Shown here in pieces: positions 62,305 to 64,000 of a stretch of DNA of 64,000 bases (position 1 is its first letter; each line of letters begins with the position of its first letter). This DNA comes from Thermoanaerobaculia bacterium (GTDB lineage: Bacteria; Acidobacteriota; Thermoanaerobaculia; UBA5066). Both the position numbers and the translations under genes were made by a program. The stretch covers positions 288,001 through 352,000 of the forward strand of contig CAVRAY010000002.1 of NCBI GenBank assembly GCA_963719225.1, read 5' to 3'. The notes beneath the pieces were generated by a model. It was given only the letters and a program-made list of their open reading frames with translations, did not search any database and was not told the DNA's origin.

Positions 62305-63491
62305 CGCAGGGCTTCCACTCCGGGCAGCGCCATGCCGGCGACGAGATCGAGCGAGGCTCCCCCTCCCGTCGACACGTGCGACATCCGGGCGGAGAGGCCC
62401 GCCTCCTTCACGGCTTCGACGCTTTCGCCGCCGCCCACGACCGTGAACGCCGAGGATTCAGCGAGGATCTTCGCGACGGCGAGGGTGCCCTGCTCGAACG
62501 GCGTCGTCTCGAAGACGCCCATCGGCCCGTTCCAGAAGATGGTTTTCGCGTCCTTCGTCATGCGGCCGAACATCTCGACGGTCTTTTCCCCGATGTCGAA
62601 AGCGGCGGCGTTTTCGGGGATCGCGTTCATGGCTACGGTCTTCGCCTCGGCGGCTCTTTCGAGGGAGGGCGCCACGACGAAGTCGGAGGGGAGGACGAGC
62701 GAGACTCCGCGCTCCTTGCAGCGGTCGAGAATCTGCCGTGCCACCGGGACGCCCTCCTTCTCGAGGAGCGAGCGGCCCACGGGGAGGGAGAGCGCCGCGA
62801 TGAAATGGTTCGCCATGCCCCCTCCCACGAGGAGGACGTCGGCCTTCTCGACGAGCGTCTTCAGTGCGGCGAGCTTGCCGAGGATCTTCGCGCCGCCGAG
62901 GATCGCCGCGAACGGCCGCTCGATCGAGGTCACGACCTTCGCGAGCGCCTTCAGCTCCCTCTCCATGAGGAGGCCGATGCCGCGCCTGTCCTGCGAAAAG
63001 AGCGCCGCCATGCCGGCCGTCGAGGCGTGTGCGCGGTGGGCCGTGCCGAACGCGTCGTTGACGTAGACGTCGGCGAGAGACGCGAGCTGCCTGCAGAATC
63101 CCGGGTCGTTGGCTTCCTCGCCGGCGTGAAAGCGCAGATTCTCGAGAAGGACGGCCCCGCCGGGCGCGATCCCCGAGACCGCTTTCTCCGCCTCCTCACC
63201 GATGCAATCGTCGGCGAACGCGACGGGGGCGCCGAGCCGCGCCTCCAGAGCGCGTGCCACGGGAGCGAGCGAGTACTTCGGATCGCGCGCCCCCTTGGCC
63301 TTGCCGAGGTGGGAGGCGAGGACGAGGCGGGCTCCCCGCTCGCGGGCGAGGTGGAGCGTGGGCAGTGCCTCGACCACGCGCGTGTCGTCGCGCACGACGC
63401 CGTCCTTGAGCGGCACGTTGAAGTCGACGCGCACGAAGACTCTCTTCCCTTCGAGATCGAGATCGCGGATCGAGCGCGGAAGGTCGGCCAT
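62301..63491 (-). CDS. pgk: Phosphoglycerate kinase
   Basis: [44 protein letters not shown]. Confidence 0.97.
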   Translation of the reverse strand: MADLPRSIRDLDLEGKRVFVRVDFNVPLKDGVVRDDTRVVEALPTLHLARERGARLVLASHLGKAKGARDPKYSLAPVARALEARLGAPVAFADDCIGEEAEKAVSGIAPGGAVLLENLRFHAGEEANDPGFCRQLASLADVYVNDAFGTAHRAHASTAGMAALFSQDRRGIGLLMERELKALAKVVTSIERPFAAILGGAKILGKLAALKTLVEKADVLLVGGGMANHFIAALSLPVGRSLLEKEGVPVARQILDRCKERGVSLVLPSDFVVAPSLERAAEAKTVAMNAIPENAAAFDIGEKTVEMFGRMTKDAKTIFWNGPMGVFETTPFEQGTLAVAKILAESSAFTVVGGGESVEAVKEAGLSARMSHVSTGGGASLDLVAGMALPGVEALR

Positions 63492-63555
63492 GGCGTTCTC
63501 CTGTCGGAAAGTCGCGCGCGCGATCTTATGCGCGGGGACCTCTATAGTCTCGTCG

Positions 63556-64000
63556 ATGACTCTGGCAGCCGGGCCCGGAACGCGGGTGACGCCCTACACG
63601 TACGCGGCCGGGCGGTTGCGCCTTCTCGACCAGCGCCGCCTGCCGCACGAGGAGGCCTTTCTCGACTGCGAGAGCGCGGCCCAGACGGCCGAAGCCATTC
63701 GCAGCCTCGCCGTGCGAGGAGCCCCTCTGATCGGAGTCGCCGCCGCTTACGGACTCTGCGCCGAGGCGCGCCGGGTGGCGGCGCGCGTGCCCGACGACCT
63801 CGACGTGGCGCTCCAGCTCGGCGGCGAGAGACTCGTCGCGGCGCGACCCACCGCCGTGAACCTGGCGTGGGCCGTCGGCCGGATGCGCGCCGTCGTCGAA
63901 ACCTCCGCAGGGCGTCACCCCGGCGAGAGGATCCTTCTCCTCGAAGAGGAGGCGAACCGGATCGCCGAGGAGGACCGCCTCGCGTGCCTCGCGATCGGCC
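63556..64000 (+). CDS. mtnA: Methylthioribose-1-phosphate isomerase (5' part, runs off the window)
   Basis: TATAGT-N7-ATG; [37 protein letters not shown]. Confidence 0.93.
   Translation, partial: MTLAAGPGTRVTPYTYAAGRLRLLDQRRLPHEEAFLDCESAAQTAEAIRSLAVRGAPLIGVAAAYGLCAEARRVAARVPDDLDVALQLGGERLVAARPTAVNLAWAVGRMRAVVETSAGRHPGERILLLEEEANRIAEEDRLACLAIG

Overview
High-GC chromosomal segment centred on the replication origin. Gene content and order suggest Acidobacteriota, possibly Thermoanaerobaculia (inference only). Core blocks: dapF-lipoprotein-hslUV-xerC-cyt c-trmFO; topA-dprA; pdxR-pdxST; gyrA-gyrB-recF-dnaN-oriC-dnaA-rpmH-rnpA-yidD-yidC-mnmE-mnmG-rsmG-parS-parA-parB-bactofilin; atp b'-b-delta-alpha-gamma-beta-epsilon; nmbA-like methyltransferase-bshC-bshB1-bshA; tRNA-Leu-secG-tpiA-pgk; mtnA. 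I saw no transposase, prophage or CRISPR array. Most notable signals: (1) an AT-rich motif (core YCCYTTCWARGAAA(A)TC with pyrimidine tracts) repeated inside coding sequences, often as inverted pairs, contributing an MnmE insertion and two signal peptides; (2) a transaldolase homologue with its active site replaced, coupled to a DUF507-like gene; (3) an unidentified structured RNA with mutually exclusive P1/terminator upstream of the bacillithiol operon; (4) a ~105-nt intergenic repeat with compensatory base changes; (5) a 72-aa internally deleted methyltransferase paralogue; (6) a TPR lipoprotein/lipoprotein/peptidase-propeller-Omp85 operon; (7) widespread leaderless-type promoters; (8) frame or start anomalies in gyrA, trmFO and xerC that may be assembly errors. 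All family calls are by motif recognition; no searches were run.
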